Assembly: GCA_027484965.1 (NCBI GenBank)
Contig: JAIXRY010000015.1
Coordinates: forward strand, 1,622-65,621
Origin: a bacterium
Lineage (GTDB): Bacteria > Patescibacteriota > Minisyncoccia > Phycocordibacterales > UBA9973
DNA length: 64,000 nucleotides
Reading direction: 5' to 3'
The notes under the pieces were generated by a model. The model had not been told where the DNA came from, ran no database searches, and saw nothing but the letters and a program-made list of their open reading frames with translations. Within the stretch, counting starts at the first letter, position 1. The number at the start of each line of letters is the position of its first letter. A program made the translations under genes and the position numbers. Positions 30,920-40,090 of this stretch are shown in pieces.

Positions 30920-32415
30920 GTCCACTCTGAATATTCTACTTCGAACCAAATTGAATGTGGATTCAAGTTTTTATCTGTTGAAATAGAGAAAATTAGAAGT
31001 GAACTAAAATCATTAAATTCATTATTAGTTATTGATGAGGATAATCGTTAGGTATTATTGATATTTTCCATTACTTTTGGAGTGAACAATCATCCAAATA
31101 AAGAATTGGTTAGGTTTCGATATGAAACACAATTAAACTCATAAATAAAAATAATTCAATTTTTGGTTAATGTTAAATTAGTTGTGCTTATAATTTTCAT
31201 AACACCCTAGTTGAATTTGGGCTAACTAAATTATATTTAAATATATTGACTTTATAAAAAAAGTAGAGATAAATCTGGTTAATTGTTTTGGTGTTGGCAG
31301 TTTTGATTATACTTTCGATTTTGAAGGTTTAAAAACAAATTCATTATTGAAAATACTGCAATTATTTTGTGGCTTTTTTAATTTCAATAAAATAAAAAAA
31401 GACACAACTAAAAGTCATGTCTTATATATTAATTCGAATAAATTTCCTTCCGTATGTACTTCTCAAATTCAATTGGAAACTTATCCTGAGGCCAACCCCT
31501 TAATGCAGTACGAACTGCAAGTTTATATGACTCCTTCCATGTTCCTTTGAAACTATATAAATCTGGGAAGTTTTCGAAATCTTCTAGAGTTTCGATTTTA
31601 AATAATGCCGAACCATCTGTTTTAAGGTAAACATCAATAGTTTTATCTTTTGCGTCATAAAATATTGATGGAGGGAATTTACATAAAAGAATTACTCCTT
31701 GTTTTTGTAGAATTTCAGAGTCTAGTTCTGTAATAATGGCGCTGGTGTTTTTACCGGGTAGGTTTTTAAATATGCTTACCCAATTTTTTAAAGTTGGAAG
31801 CATCTGGTTAAAATCAAAAAGTTTAATTTCTATTGGGTCAATGGTAATTACTTTCTCACTTAAAATGTCTTTAAGTAAAGGTAACTGACCTAGAAAAAAA
31901 CATAATTCTAATTTTTGTTCTGGTGTTAGAGGTTGTTCTGTTTCGATTTGTTTCTTAATTTCCTTAAAGATTGTCAAATCCTTAATTGTTAAAATTAATG
32001 TATTCATATTGTAAATGCTTGATTTACAACAGCATACACCTTTAACTACTTAGTGTCAATAATAAATTACCTATTACAATAGTAGAGAGAAATAATTCAT
32101 ATAAAAATCAGTCTTTATTTTAAGGTGAAATAATTTGTCCAGGTAGGTCAAAAAAGTTGAGTATTATTACCTTAAAAGTACAGCAAAAAACTATCACAAA
32201 ATTTTTGTCATAAATTGTGGTATTTGTTATAACAGAAATAAGTAATAACCTAAATAAGACTTTATCTAAATTTATCAAGTTTGTTGTTATAAAGATACAG
32301 TGGTTCGAATTTCCTGAAGGAATAGTCTTTGATGGAAACAAATTTTGAACCAACAAAATATGCAGTATTTTTAAGGTAAATGAGTTATTTTACGCAATTG
32401 ATTCCAAAATGGTCC
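30920..32415. mobile_element. Decayed serine-recombinase island remnant at the tRNA-Ile 3' end
   Basis: gtcc core at 30920-30923 and 32412-32415; recombinase-like C-terminal relic at the right, in-frame alternative tail at the left. Confidence 0.6.
31429..32007 (-). CDS. Hypothetical cargo protein
   Basis: 192-aa ORF with ATG start; no recognised motif. Confidence 0.6.
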   Translation of the reverse strand: MNTLILTIKDLTIFKEIKKQIETEQPLTPEQKLELCFFLGQLPLLKDILSEKVITIDPIEIKLFDFNQMLPTLKNWVSIFKNLPGKNTSAIITELDSEILQKQGVILLCKFPPSIFYDAKDKTIDVYLKTDGSALFKIETLEDFENFPDLYSFKGTWKESYKLAVRTALRGWPQDKFPIEFEKYIRKEIYSN

Positions 32416-32430
32416 GCCCTCTTGGATTCG
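32289..32430 (+). pseudogene. C-terminal relic of a large serine recombinase
   Basis: IKIQWFEFPEGIVFDGNKF*TNKICSIFK..KMVRPLGFEP, reading into the tRNA, with in-frame TGA at 32346. Confidence 0.6.
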
Positions 32431-32486
32431 AACCAAGGACCCCAGAGGTATAAGCTCTGTGCTCTAACCAACTGAGCTAAGGGCGG
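32410..32486 (-). tRNA. tRNA-Ile (UAU)
   Basis: Cloverleaf: acceptor ccgccct/agggcgg-A-CCA; anticodon arm cagag-ctTATac-ctctg; T loop ttcgaat. Confidence 0.95.
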
Positions 32487-32605
32487 ATGTGTCATTTATT
32501 AACTAAAATTGTTAATCTGTTAATGACTGTAATTATAGATTAAAAATCAACAATTATCAACAATATGTAAATTATATCATTAAAATGGTATAATTTATTG
32601 GTAGT

Positions 32606-33172
32606 ATGAATAAATCTAATAAAGCATTTACACTCATCGAACTCCTTATAGTTATTGCAATCATTGGCGTTCTTGCGTCTGTTGTTCTTGCAAGTCTTAA
32701 TTCTTCTAGGAATAGAGCTGATGCGGCTTTTGTAAAACAACAAGCAGATCAGATTAAAAAAGAATTTGAAATTTACTATGCTTCAAATGGAAATAGATAT
32801 GGCTTCTGGGCAAGTAATATGAATTTACAGAGTCCATATACATCAGCCGGGTTTACAAGTATCCACGCAGGTGCTGGTCATTGTTATGTACCTTTTGGAA
32901 GAGTGGATACAAATATTACAAGAATGGTAGGTAAGGCAATGGAAAAAACAAATATTAATTTGACTGGAGGTAGTAATGGGGGAGGTGTTGGTTTTGGTTT
33001 CTGGTGTAGAGTATCTCCAGATGGTCAATCTTACGCATTCGCTTTTGTTAATATGAAGAGTGGTCCAAATATTTATTGTGTTGATTCAAGTGGAAATATA
33101 AAAGAATCTAACAATGCTTCTAGTGTTGATCCTATTAGTACTCATATGGCAAATCCTGTGACTTGTATATAA
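32606..33172 (+). CDS. Type IV pilin-like protein 2
   Basis: KA/FTLIELLIVIAIIG; paralog of pilin 1. Confidence 0.92.
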   Translation: MNKSNKAFTLIELLIVIAIIGVLASVVLASLNSSRNRADAAFVKQQADQIKKEFEIYYASNGNRYGFWASNMNLQSPYTSAGFTSIHAGAGHCYVPFGRVDTNITRMVGKAMEKTNINLTGGSNGGGVGFGFWCRVSPDGQSYAFAFVNMKSGPNIYCVDSSGNIKESNNASSVDPISTHMANPVTCI

Positions 33173-33212
33173 TTTATACATAAGTCTTTTTTGTTATAAT
33201 ATAAATACAATT

Positions 33213-33746
33213 ATGTTTAGTAATAAAAAAGCATTTACTCTTTTGGAACTCCTTGTTGTCATTGCGATCATCGGCGTTCTTGCGGCTATTGTGATGGCAA
33301 GTTTGAATAGTGCGAGAGTGAAAGCAAGAGATGCGCGTCGTCTTCAAGATATAAAAACCATCCAGACTAATTTAGAAATATATTACAATACATATAATAG
33401 TTATCCGCCAACTCCTACAGGTGGATGGATTCATAGTTCAGAAACAACATGGGATGGTCTAGAAAATTCTATGGGCATGAAATTGCCAAGAGACCCTGTA
33501 AATCAGGCTTCACCTTGGTTAAATGATCAATCTAGAGCATGGTCTTCAGATCAAAGGTTATTCATGTACGATTATTTGTCAGGAAGCGTACAGAATGGGT
33601 GTGCTACAGGAACTTTTTATTGGCTTGTCTATCGTCTTGAAAAAGGGAATACTCCTGTAAATGAAAGTCCAGGTGTTTTTATGTGCGATGGATCTACTTT
33701 TAAAGCTGTAAATGGTGCAATAACTGTTGGTGCGAATTCAAAATAA
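33213..33746 (+). CDS. Type IV pilin/GspG-like protein 3
   Basis: KA/FTLLELLVVIAIIG; KARDARR; YP..PRDP. Confidence 0.92.
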   Translation: MFSNKKAFTLLELLVVIAIIGVLAAIVMASLNSARVKARDARRLQDIKTIQTNLEIYYNTYNSYPPTPTGGWIHSSETTWDGLENSMGMKLPRDPVNQASPWLNDQSRAWSSDQRLFMYDYLSGSVQNGCATGTFYWLVYRLEKGNTPVNESPGVFMCDGSTFKAVNGAITVGANSK

Positions 33747-33782
33747 AAATCATATTTTAAAAAATCTGTTATAATTAATAGT

Positions 33783-34250
33783 ATGAAAAAAGGATTCACT
33801 CTCCTCGAACTCCTAGTCGTCATTGCAATCATTGGCGTTCTTGCTGCTATTGTTATGGCGAGCTTAAATAGCGCTAGAGTGAAATCAAGAGACGCAAAAC
33901 GAGTGTCTGATATACGACAAATTAAAGTTGCGCTTGATTTGTACTTTAACGATTTTGGATATTATCCTGATTGTTCTGGTAATGATGTATGTTCCAGTAC
34001 TGGATACTCTGGTTCTATATATAATTTAAGTATTGTTCCAAACTATATAAAAAATATAAGTAGTGACCCTAGAAATATATCAGGTCAGTATGGTTATTAT
34101 TATGCAAGGACTTACAAGAAGGCGGGGAGTAGTTATATATATACAGGATTAAGTACAGATTATATACTTGCTACAAGACTTGAAAATACAAGTAATGGAT
34201 CATTTGGGGGTTGGGACAATAACTTTTTAAACTATATAGAAGGAAATTAA
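33783..34250 (+). CDS. Type IV pilin/GspG-like protein 4
   Basis: KG/FTLLELLVVIAIIG; KSRDAKR; YP..DP..LE. Confidence 0.92.
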   Translation: MKKGFTLLELLVVIAIIGVLAAIVMASLNSARVKSRDAKRVSDIRQIKVALDLYFNDFGYYPDCSGNDVCSSTGYSGSIYNLSIVPNYIKNISSDPRNISGQYGYYYARTYKKAGSSYIYTGLSTDYILATRLENTSNGSFGGWDNNFLNYIEGN

Positions 34251-34297
34251 AACTAAATGTATATTTAACTATGTATTAAAAATGTTATAATTATTTT

Positions 34298-34792
34298 ATG
34301 AAAAAAGCCTTTACTTTAATAGAGCTTCTTATAGTTATAGCAATCATTGGTGTTCTTGCTTCTATTATTCTTGCAAGTCTTAATTCTTCTAGAGATAAAG
34401 GTTCTGATACTGGAATGAAGACTGCTATTAATAGTCTTCGTTCTGCCGGTAATATTATCTTTAACGAGTATGGTTGTTTTGCTGGTTCTAGTGGGGGTTG
34501 TAATGGTACAAACCTTGGACCAGGAGCATGTTCTACACCAGGAAGTACTATTTTTAGTAATTTAGAATTTGCAAAAATAACTGCTCCTTATAGAACTAGT
34601 AGTGATTTTATAACTTCATGTAGTTCAACAACAGGTCAAACAGCTTGGGCTATTGCTATTAGACTTAAAAGTAATACAACAAAAGCATGGTGTGTTGATT
34701 CGCTTAATACCGCAAAAGAAATAAGTAATGGCGGAACAGCTTTTAATCAGACAACATTAAATAATGCTATTGTTGGAGGTGTTTGTAGTTAA
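34298..34792 (+). CDS. Type IV pilin-like protein 5
   Basis: KA/FTLIELLIVIAIIG; WCVDS; 6 Cys. Confidence 0.92.
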   Translation: MKKAFTLIELLIVIAIIGVLASIILASLNSSRDKGSDTGMKTAINSLRSAGNIIFNEYGCFAGSSGGCNGTNLGPGACSTPGSTIFSNLEFAKITAPYRTSSDFITSCSSTTGQTAWAIAIRLKSNTTKAWCVDSLNTAKEISNGGTAFNQTTLNNAIVGGVCS

Positions 34793-34793
34793 T

Positions 34794-36974
34794 TTACTCA
34801 AAATGCATTTCTTTAATTTCCTCTACCTTTTCTTTGAGTAGGGGATTTTTTTGTAGTTCAAAATCGTCAGCTATTATTTTTTGTGCTTCATTGCGAGCAG
34901 CTTCTACAAGCTTAATATTTCTAAGTGCCTCCATGGCAATATCAGAGACACCCCACTGTTTGAATCCTGCAAGTTCTCCAGTACCCCTTTGTTCTAGGTC
35001 GAGTTCTGCAAGCTTAAATCCATCGTCAGTATCGACGAGAGCTTGTAGTCTGTCGACTGTTTTTTGTTGTTTTGCATCGGCAAGTAAGAAACAATAAGCC
35101 TGATGTGAGCCTCTTTTTGTGCGTCCGCGAAGTTGGTGGATTTGAGCAAGACCAAAACGCTCTGCACCTTCTATAATCATCATATTTGCATTTGGTACAT
35201 TAACACCGACCTCAACAACAGATGTGGCGACAAGTATTTGTATTTTTCCATTAGAAAATTCCTCCATAACCTGCTCCTTTTTTTGAGGAGTCATTTTCCC
35301 ATGTAACACTCCAATACTTTCATTTTTAAATATTTCTTTCTTAAGTCTTTTTGCTTCTGTTTCTACTGATTTTGCAATAAGTTTTATTTCGTCGCTCTCA
35401 TCTGGATCATTTATTCTTGGACAAATTACATATAATTGTCTTCCGTTTTTTATCTCCTCTTTAATTTTTGAATACATTTCCTCGCGAGTTTTTTCGGTTA
35501 TTATTTCTGTCTGAACTTTTTTTCTACCGCTTGGTAATTGATCGAGAAGTGTAATATCGAGGTCTCCATAAATGGTAAGAGCAAGTGTACGGGGGATAGG
35601 GGTGGCTGTCATTGAAAGGAAGTGTGGCGACACAGATGAATTTACTGATGTTTTCTTTGCGAGTGCGCGCCTTTGTTTTTGGCCGAAGCGGTGTTGCTCA
35701 TCAACAATAGCAAGAGCGAGGTGTTTGAATACAACACTTTTTTGAATAAGGGCGTGAGTTCCTACTACAACACTTATTTCTCCTTGTTCTACCCATTTTG
35801 ATAATTGTGTTCTTGATATGGTGGTCCAAGGTTTGGTCGCACTTGCGACTTTTGTGGGGAATTTGCGACAGCCACTTCCTGTAATAAGTGCGATTTGTAT
35901 GCCTGTTCCTTTAAAAAATTCGATAAATGATTCGAAGTGTTGTGTTGCTAGAATTTCTGTTGGCGCCATGTAAGCAACTTGAAGTGTCCCAAATTTTTGA
36001 TTTTTCGGTCTTGTCTTAATGGTTGCATATGTTGCAAGAGCAGCGACTACTGTTTTTCCAGAACCAACATCACCCTCAAGAAGTCTTGACATAGGATGAG
36101 TTTTTTTAAGATCTTCTACAACAGCGTTCATTGCATTAATCTGCGCATCTGTCGGTTCAAAGGGGAGATTGTCTATGAATTCTTGTAAGATTTTTTCTTC
36201 CGTATGAATTCCATAAGAACCATCTTTTTTTGATTCTTCTTTTTCTTTAGTTCTTGCGACTTGTATGAGGAATATTTCTTGAAAAGAAAATCTCTTACGA
36301 GCTGCTTCGGCATGTTCTTTTTTCTCTGGTCTATGAATCCAAAGTAGGGCTTTTTGAATATCTGGAAGAGAATATTTTTTCAATATATATTCTGGGATAG
36401 GGTCTGTGACTTGTGTATGTATTTTTTCATTAAAAATTTTCTCTAGTGTTTTTTGTATCCATAGAGAAGATATGCCCTTTGTCTCTTTGTATATAGGTGC
36501 TCCAAATTTATAATTCGATACATTTTCTTTTTGGAATAGGGAATCATGAATATCTATAGGAAGACCTTCTTGTTTTTGAATGTTTCCATTTACTATAGAG
36601 AATGTTCCATTTTTTTGGATGTTTGCAGTACCACTAATCATTACATTGTCTCCATCATGAAGCATTTTTGCTATGTAAGGCTGATTGAACCAAACAAGAC
36701 TTATTTTCCCTGTAAGGTCTTCAAGTGTACCTTCAGCCATTGTGACTTTTGTATGGAAACTCTTTTTGGTTTTGAGATTTTTTATTACACCGAATAGTGT
36801 AATTGGAATTCCAGCTTCTATATCACCAATGTTTGTAACTGTTGATATATCACTATATCGAGCAGGGAAATACAAAAGTAAGTCCAAAACACTTTTAATT
36901 TGGAGTTTGTTTAATCCTTTTTTTTGTAAATCAGAAAGTCGGGAAATTTTTTCAATCGGTGTGTGCAACTCCAT
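34794..36974 (-). CDS. recG: ATP-dependent DNA helicase RecG
   Basis: LEGDVGSGKT, MAPTEILA, DEQHRFG, MTATPIPRTL, HQLRGR. Confidence 0.98.
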   Translation of the reverse strand: MELHTPIEKISRLSDLQKKGLNKLQIKSVLDLLLYFPARYSDISTVTNIGDIEAGIPITLFGVIKNLKTKKSFHTKVTMAEGTLEDLTGKISLVWFNQPYIAKMLHDGDNVMISGTANIQKNGTFSIVNGNIQKQEGLPIDIHDSLFQKENVSNYKFGAPIYKETKGISSLWIQKTLEKIFNEKIHTQVTDPIPEYILKKYSLPDIQKALLWIHRPEKKEHAEAARKRFSFQEIFLIQVARTKEKEESKKDGSYGIHTEEKILQEFIDNLPFEPTDAQINAMNAVVEDLKKTHPMSRLLEGDVGSGKTVVAALATYATIKTRPKNQKFGTLQVAYMAPTEILATQHFESFIEFFKGTGIQIALITGSGCRKFPTKVASATKPWTTISRTQLSKWVEQGEISVVVGTHALIQKSVVFKHLALAIVDEQHRFGQKQRRALAKKTSVNSSVSPHFLSMTATPIPRTLALTIYGDLDITLLDQLPSGRKKVQTEIITEKTREEMYSKIKEEIKNGRQLYVICPRINDPDESDEIKLIAKSVETEAKRLKKEIFKNESIGVLHGKMTPQKKEQVMEEFSNGKIQILVATSVVEVGVNVPNANMMIIEGAERFGLAQIHQLRGRTKRGSHQAYCFLLADAKQQKTVDRLQALVDTDDGFKLAELDLEQRGTGELAGFKQWGVSDIAMEALRNIKLVEAARNEAQKIIADDFELQKNPLLKEKVEEIKEMHFE

Positions 36975-36983
36975 AGAAATTGT

Positions 36984-37964
36984 TTAAGGTCTTTTTAAGA
37001 ATTTATCAATACTCCACATACCTCCACCTTCTATTGTAAGGATTGCGAGTGCTGAGAAAAGTGTTACATGTGAATATACAGCTTCTTCAAAATAGAAGAA
37101 TGTAAGAGATAATACAAGTATTCCAATAACTCCAACCACTCTAGTGTAGTATCCAGAAATAATAAGTATTCCAAGTAGTAGCTCTATAATACCAGCCCCA
37201 AGAACCCACATTGCAGGCATAACAGGCACATATTGTGTAAGGTTGTATTGTTCTACAACTAAATTTGAAAGTCCAGGATTTAAAAGTTTTTCATGAAGAG
37301 CGAGGTATATAAAAGCAATACCTACTCCAAGACGTATGATTACAGGCAGCCAATATCTGTGAATTTTTAGGAATTTTAAGAGAGAGATATTGAGTATATC
37401 GTCGAGTCCTGGTCTTGCACTATGAAATACAAGTACAGACAGTGCGAGTGCTAAAAAATCAATATTACCAATTAAATAAGGTTCCTGAAGTAGTGCGTAT
37501 ATATATAGTCCGATAGTTATAAGAGATACTGGAGCAAGCAAGAATCCAGCTAAAAAACAAAAACCAAGAGCTACTTGTAAAAAAGCAAAAACAGAACCAT
37601 TTGTAATTGTTGGAGAAATAAGAACTCCAGCAGTTCCTGCGCCTATAAGAGATATACCAAGAGCAAGACGAAGAATCCAAGGAATGAGCTCGTGGTATGT
37701 ATTGAGTTTTTGAATTATCTTGTAAAAAAGATTTTTGAAGAAAGGTATTCTTTTTATGAAGACGAATAAAATTACTACAGCAATAGCTGTTGCAATCATG
37801 AGAAAAATATTTAAAGGATCAATAAGTGCTTTCTGTAGATAAACAGGATTTGGACCCATAACTTTTGCTGCATCTTCTGCTTTTACTACATACGATACAT
37901 GGGCGCTTGCTATAAAAGGGAACATTGTTGATAAAAATAAAAGTACTTTTGTTAGAGTTTTCAT
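36984..37964 (-). CDS. DoxX-family multi-pass membrane protein
   Basis: Multiple TM helices; RLGVG..HEKL, GIIELLLG, GGGMWSID. Confidence 0.75.
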   Translation of the reverse strand: MKTLTKVLLFLSTMFPFIASAHVSYVVKAEDAAKVMGPNPVYLQKALIDPLNIFLMIATAIAVVILFVFIKRIPFFKNLFYKIIQKLNTYHELIPWILRLALGISLIGAGTAGVLISPTITNGSVFAFLQVALGFCFLAGFLLAPVSLITIGLYIYALLQEPYLIGNIDFLALALSVLVFHSARPGLDDILNISLLKFLKIHRYWLPVIIRLGVGIAFIYLALHEKLLNPGLSNLVVEQYNLTQYVPVMPAMWVLGAGIIELLLGILIISGYYTRVVGVIGILVLSLTFFYFEEAVYSHVTLFSALAILTIEGGGMWSIDKFLKRP

Positions 37965-38027
37965 ATATCTATTTTATACCAAATCAAGAAAATAAAAAAT
38001 GGCAGTTTTTTAAACCGCCATTCTTTA

Positions 38028-38915
38028 TTATATTTTTTTATACCATTCTTTCATTTCGTCAATTCTTGTTTTGTGAATACAAAGAATTTCTTCTGGAACA
38101 GGGGACATATCTTCTTCAGGTATGAATTTGTAGGGGATTAATTTATTATCTTTTATTTCAAAAAAACAATAACCCATCTTGTGGCTCATACCAAACACAG
38201 GACAAGCGTCCCACGGTGTCTGCATTCCATATCTTGATTTTATCAAAAGTCCTCCAACTTCTCCTTTCCAGAGTCTAGCAAATGTAAAACCTATACTTCC
38301 TACAGTAACTTCGATATCAAAAAATAATTTATTCTTATTATGAGTCATCTTCTGGGCAAGCTCTGAAAGATCTCTAGGATCATTTCTAAGCTGTAAGAAA
38401 GAGTGTCTTAGAGGTGTTTCTGTTTCTATTACAAGTTCTTGAGCATTTTCAAATTCGTATATTCTATACACTTTGTTACTTCCAGGTTTTGAGTGAAATA
38501 TTTCAAGAGTGTTTGGGTCTCCTATGGTTACAGCTTCAATGACTCCTTCGAAGACAAATGCAATCATTGTTGTTACAGCGTGGGATTGTTTTCTTTTGTA
38601 GGCGCGAGTTCCATCGAGAGGGTCTATAGTAAAGTAATAGTTGTGGTTTTTGTCGGTACACTTACGAGAAAATTTTTCTTCAGCAACTATTCCAGCTTTT
38701 GGAAAGTTTTCGTTGATTATATTTATAAAAATTTTTTGCGCTGCAAAATCAGCAGAAGTCACAAGATCTTCTTCTTGTTTATAATCAACAATCTTTGATT
38801 GAGCATGAAATGTAATCCTTTGACGTCTAATTTCAAGGATTGCTCTTCTCACACATTCTTTCATTATTAGACTTACTGTGTTTGGATTTATCTCTCCAAA
38901 TTTATTTTGACTCAT
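38028..38915 (-). CDS. Inositol monophosphatase family protein
   Basis: DLVTSAD, AEE, IDPLDGT, PWD. Confidence 0.9.
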   Translation of the reverse strand: MSQNKFGEINPNTVSLIMKECVRRAILEIRRQRITFHAQSKIVDYKQEEDLVTSADFAAQKIFINIINENFPKAGIVAEEKFSRKCTDKNHNYYFTIDPLDGTRAYKRKQSHAVTTMIAFVFEGVIEAVTIGDPNTLEIFHSKPGSNKVYRIYEFENAQELVIETETPLRHSFLQLRNDPRDLSELAQKMTHNKNKLFFDIEVTVGSIGFTFARLWKGEVGGLLIKSRYGMQTPWDACPVFGMSHKMGYCFFEIKDNKLIPYKFIPEEDMSPVPEEILCIHKTRIDEMKEWYKKI

Positions 38916-38980
38916 GTATTTAATGTATAGATTTGATAGGTGAGTGTCAAATTTAAGGTTGTATTTTTTTTGTAGATATT

Positions 38981-39035
38981 GGGACTCGCTGACTACATCG
39001 GTCAGTACTTTTTAATACAGGACTCGAACCAGTAA
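38981..39035 (+). repeat. Truncated tRNA-mimic element plus degenerate tRNA-Asp T-arm fragment
   Basis: gggactcg-ctgactacatcgg-tcagt-actttt; caggactcgaaccagtaa matches 16/18 to antisense tRNA-Asp. Confidence 0.7.
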
Positions 39036-39043
39036 TCTATATT

Positions 39044-39598
39044 TTAAATTCCTTTAAGAATCATTTCCATTTCTGGTATAACAGCACCACTCTTCATTTT
39101 AAACCTTTCTTCTGAAAAACGTTTTCCTGTATCTTTAAAACCTAACTTTTTATAGAATTCAATCGCATTCGTGTTGTATATAGCAACATCCACAACAGTA
39201 TCTTTATTCAAATCAAGAATAGTTTTAGCTTGATTCCAAAGTAGCGAACCAACACCCTTTCCTTGATATTCAGGTTTTATATAAATTAGACTTAATCTGT
39301 TTCCTTGTGTATTTTTTTCGATACGACAAATACCAAGTATGTTATTTGCATTTTTTGCAACAAAAAAAGTTTCACCCTCAGGAGGGTTTGTAATCGTTTC
39401 AATTCTTTTTTGTATTTTTTCTTCAGTGAATGCATTTTTAAATTTATCTTCAATGTCATCAATAGTTATTCCGAATTCTTCATTTGGATATGTAGTAAGC
39501 CATGTCTTATAAAAAACTTCTTGAATTTCTTTTGCATCATCTGGTTTTGCTAATAAAATCTTCACGTCCATTTTTTCTTGGTTTATTATCTTTTCCAT
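39044..39598 (-). CDS. GNAT-family N-acetyltransferase
   Basis: IYIKPEYQGKGVGSLL, NTNAIEFYKKLGF. Confidence 0.93.
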   Translation of the reverse strand: MEKIINQEKMDVKILLAKPDDAKEIQEVFYKTWLTTYPNEEFGITIDDIEDKFKNAFTEEKIQKRIETITNPPEGETFFVAKNANNILGICRIEKNTQGNRLSLIYIKPEYQGKGVGSLLWNQAKTILDLNKDTVVDVAIYNTNAIEFYKKLGFKDTGKRFSEERFKMKSGAVIPEMEMILKGI

Positions 39599-39633
39599 CT
39601 ATATATTATATCAGCTCTAAAGTTCTATCACTA

Positions 39634-39960
39634 TAAATAAAAACATCTAAGAAGAACTCAAATAGATACTGAGACTCTCTGATTATATCAGTAAGCACTT
39701 TTCAATCTCGTAAACTCGATAATGAAAAGTCTTTCGATGATTGAACTCGATCCTTACAGGATCAGTACACCTTTTCGATATATTCGAAACATATTTCTCA
39801 TATATAACGAAAAGCTTTTCGAGTCCCGCACGTAAGCCATGCAGATGGACGGGACTCGCTGATTACATCAGCAGGTACTTTTCAATCTCATAAATTCGAT
39901 AATGAAAAGTCTTTCAAGTCCCGACGTGAGTGAAGCAGTTCACTCACTACCTTTCTGTGT
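39634..39960 (+). repeat. Tandem tRNA-3'-mimic elements (three units) at the tRNA-Asp locus
   Basis: ~66-nt direct repeat 39671-39737/39851-39917; structural analogue 39743-39828; ACGTgagtgaaGCAGttcactcACT at 39924-39948. Confidence 0.85.
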
Positions 39961-39962
39961 AT

Positions 39963-40003
39963 TAAATAAAAATAACTGAGAAGAACTCAGTTATTTTTAT
40001 TTA
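39963..40003 (-). terminator. Probable native tRNA-Asp terminator displaced by the island
   Basis: taaataaaaataactgag-aagaa-ctcagttatttttattta directly abutting the att core. Confidence 0.7.
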
Positions 40004-40090
40004 TGCGCGGACTAGTAAACGATGTGGGAACTGCGATACGACAACGTAATGGTTATATTTATATACCAACCTTAAAATAAAAATCTCAAA

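Noticed and set aside
32346-32348. TGA recoding (genetic code 25)
   Set aside because: Conserved genes translate fully in code 11 and TGA ends the ORF at 15202; this TGA lies in a relic.
30095-34792. Diversity-generating retroelement or shufflon acting on the pilins
   Set aside because: No reverse transcriptase, no adenine-specific TR/VR pair and no inverted cassettes were seen.
39634-39960. Possible CRISPR array
   Set aside because: Repeats are ~66 nt, degenerate and irregularly spaced, with no unique-spacer pattern and no cas genes.
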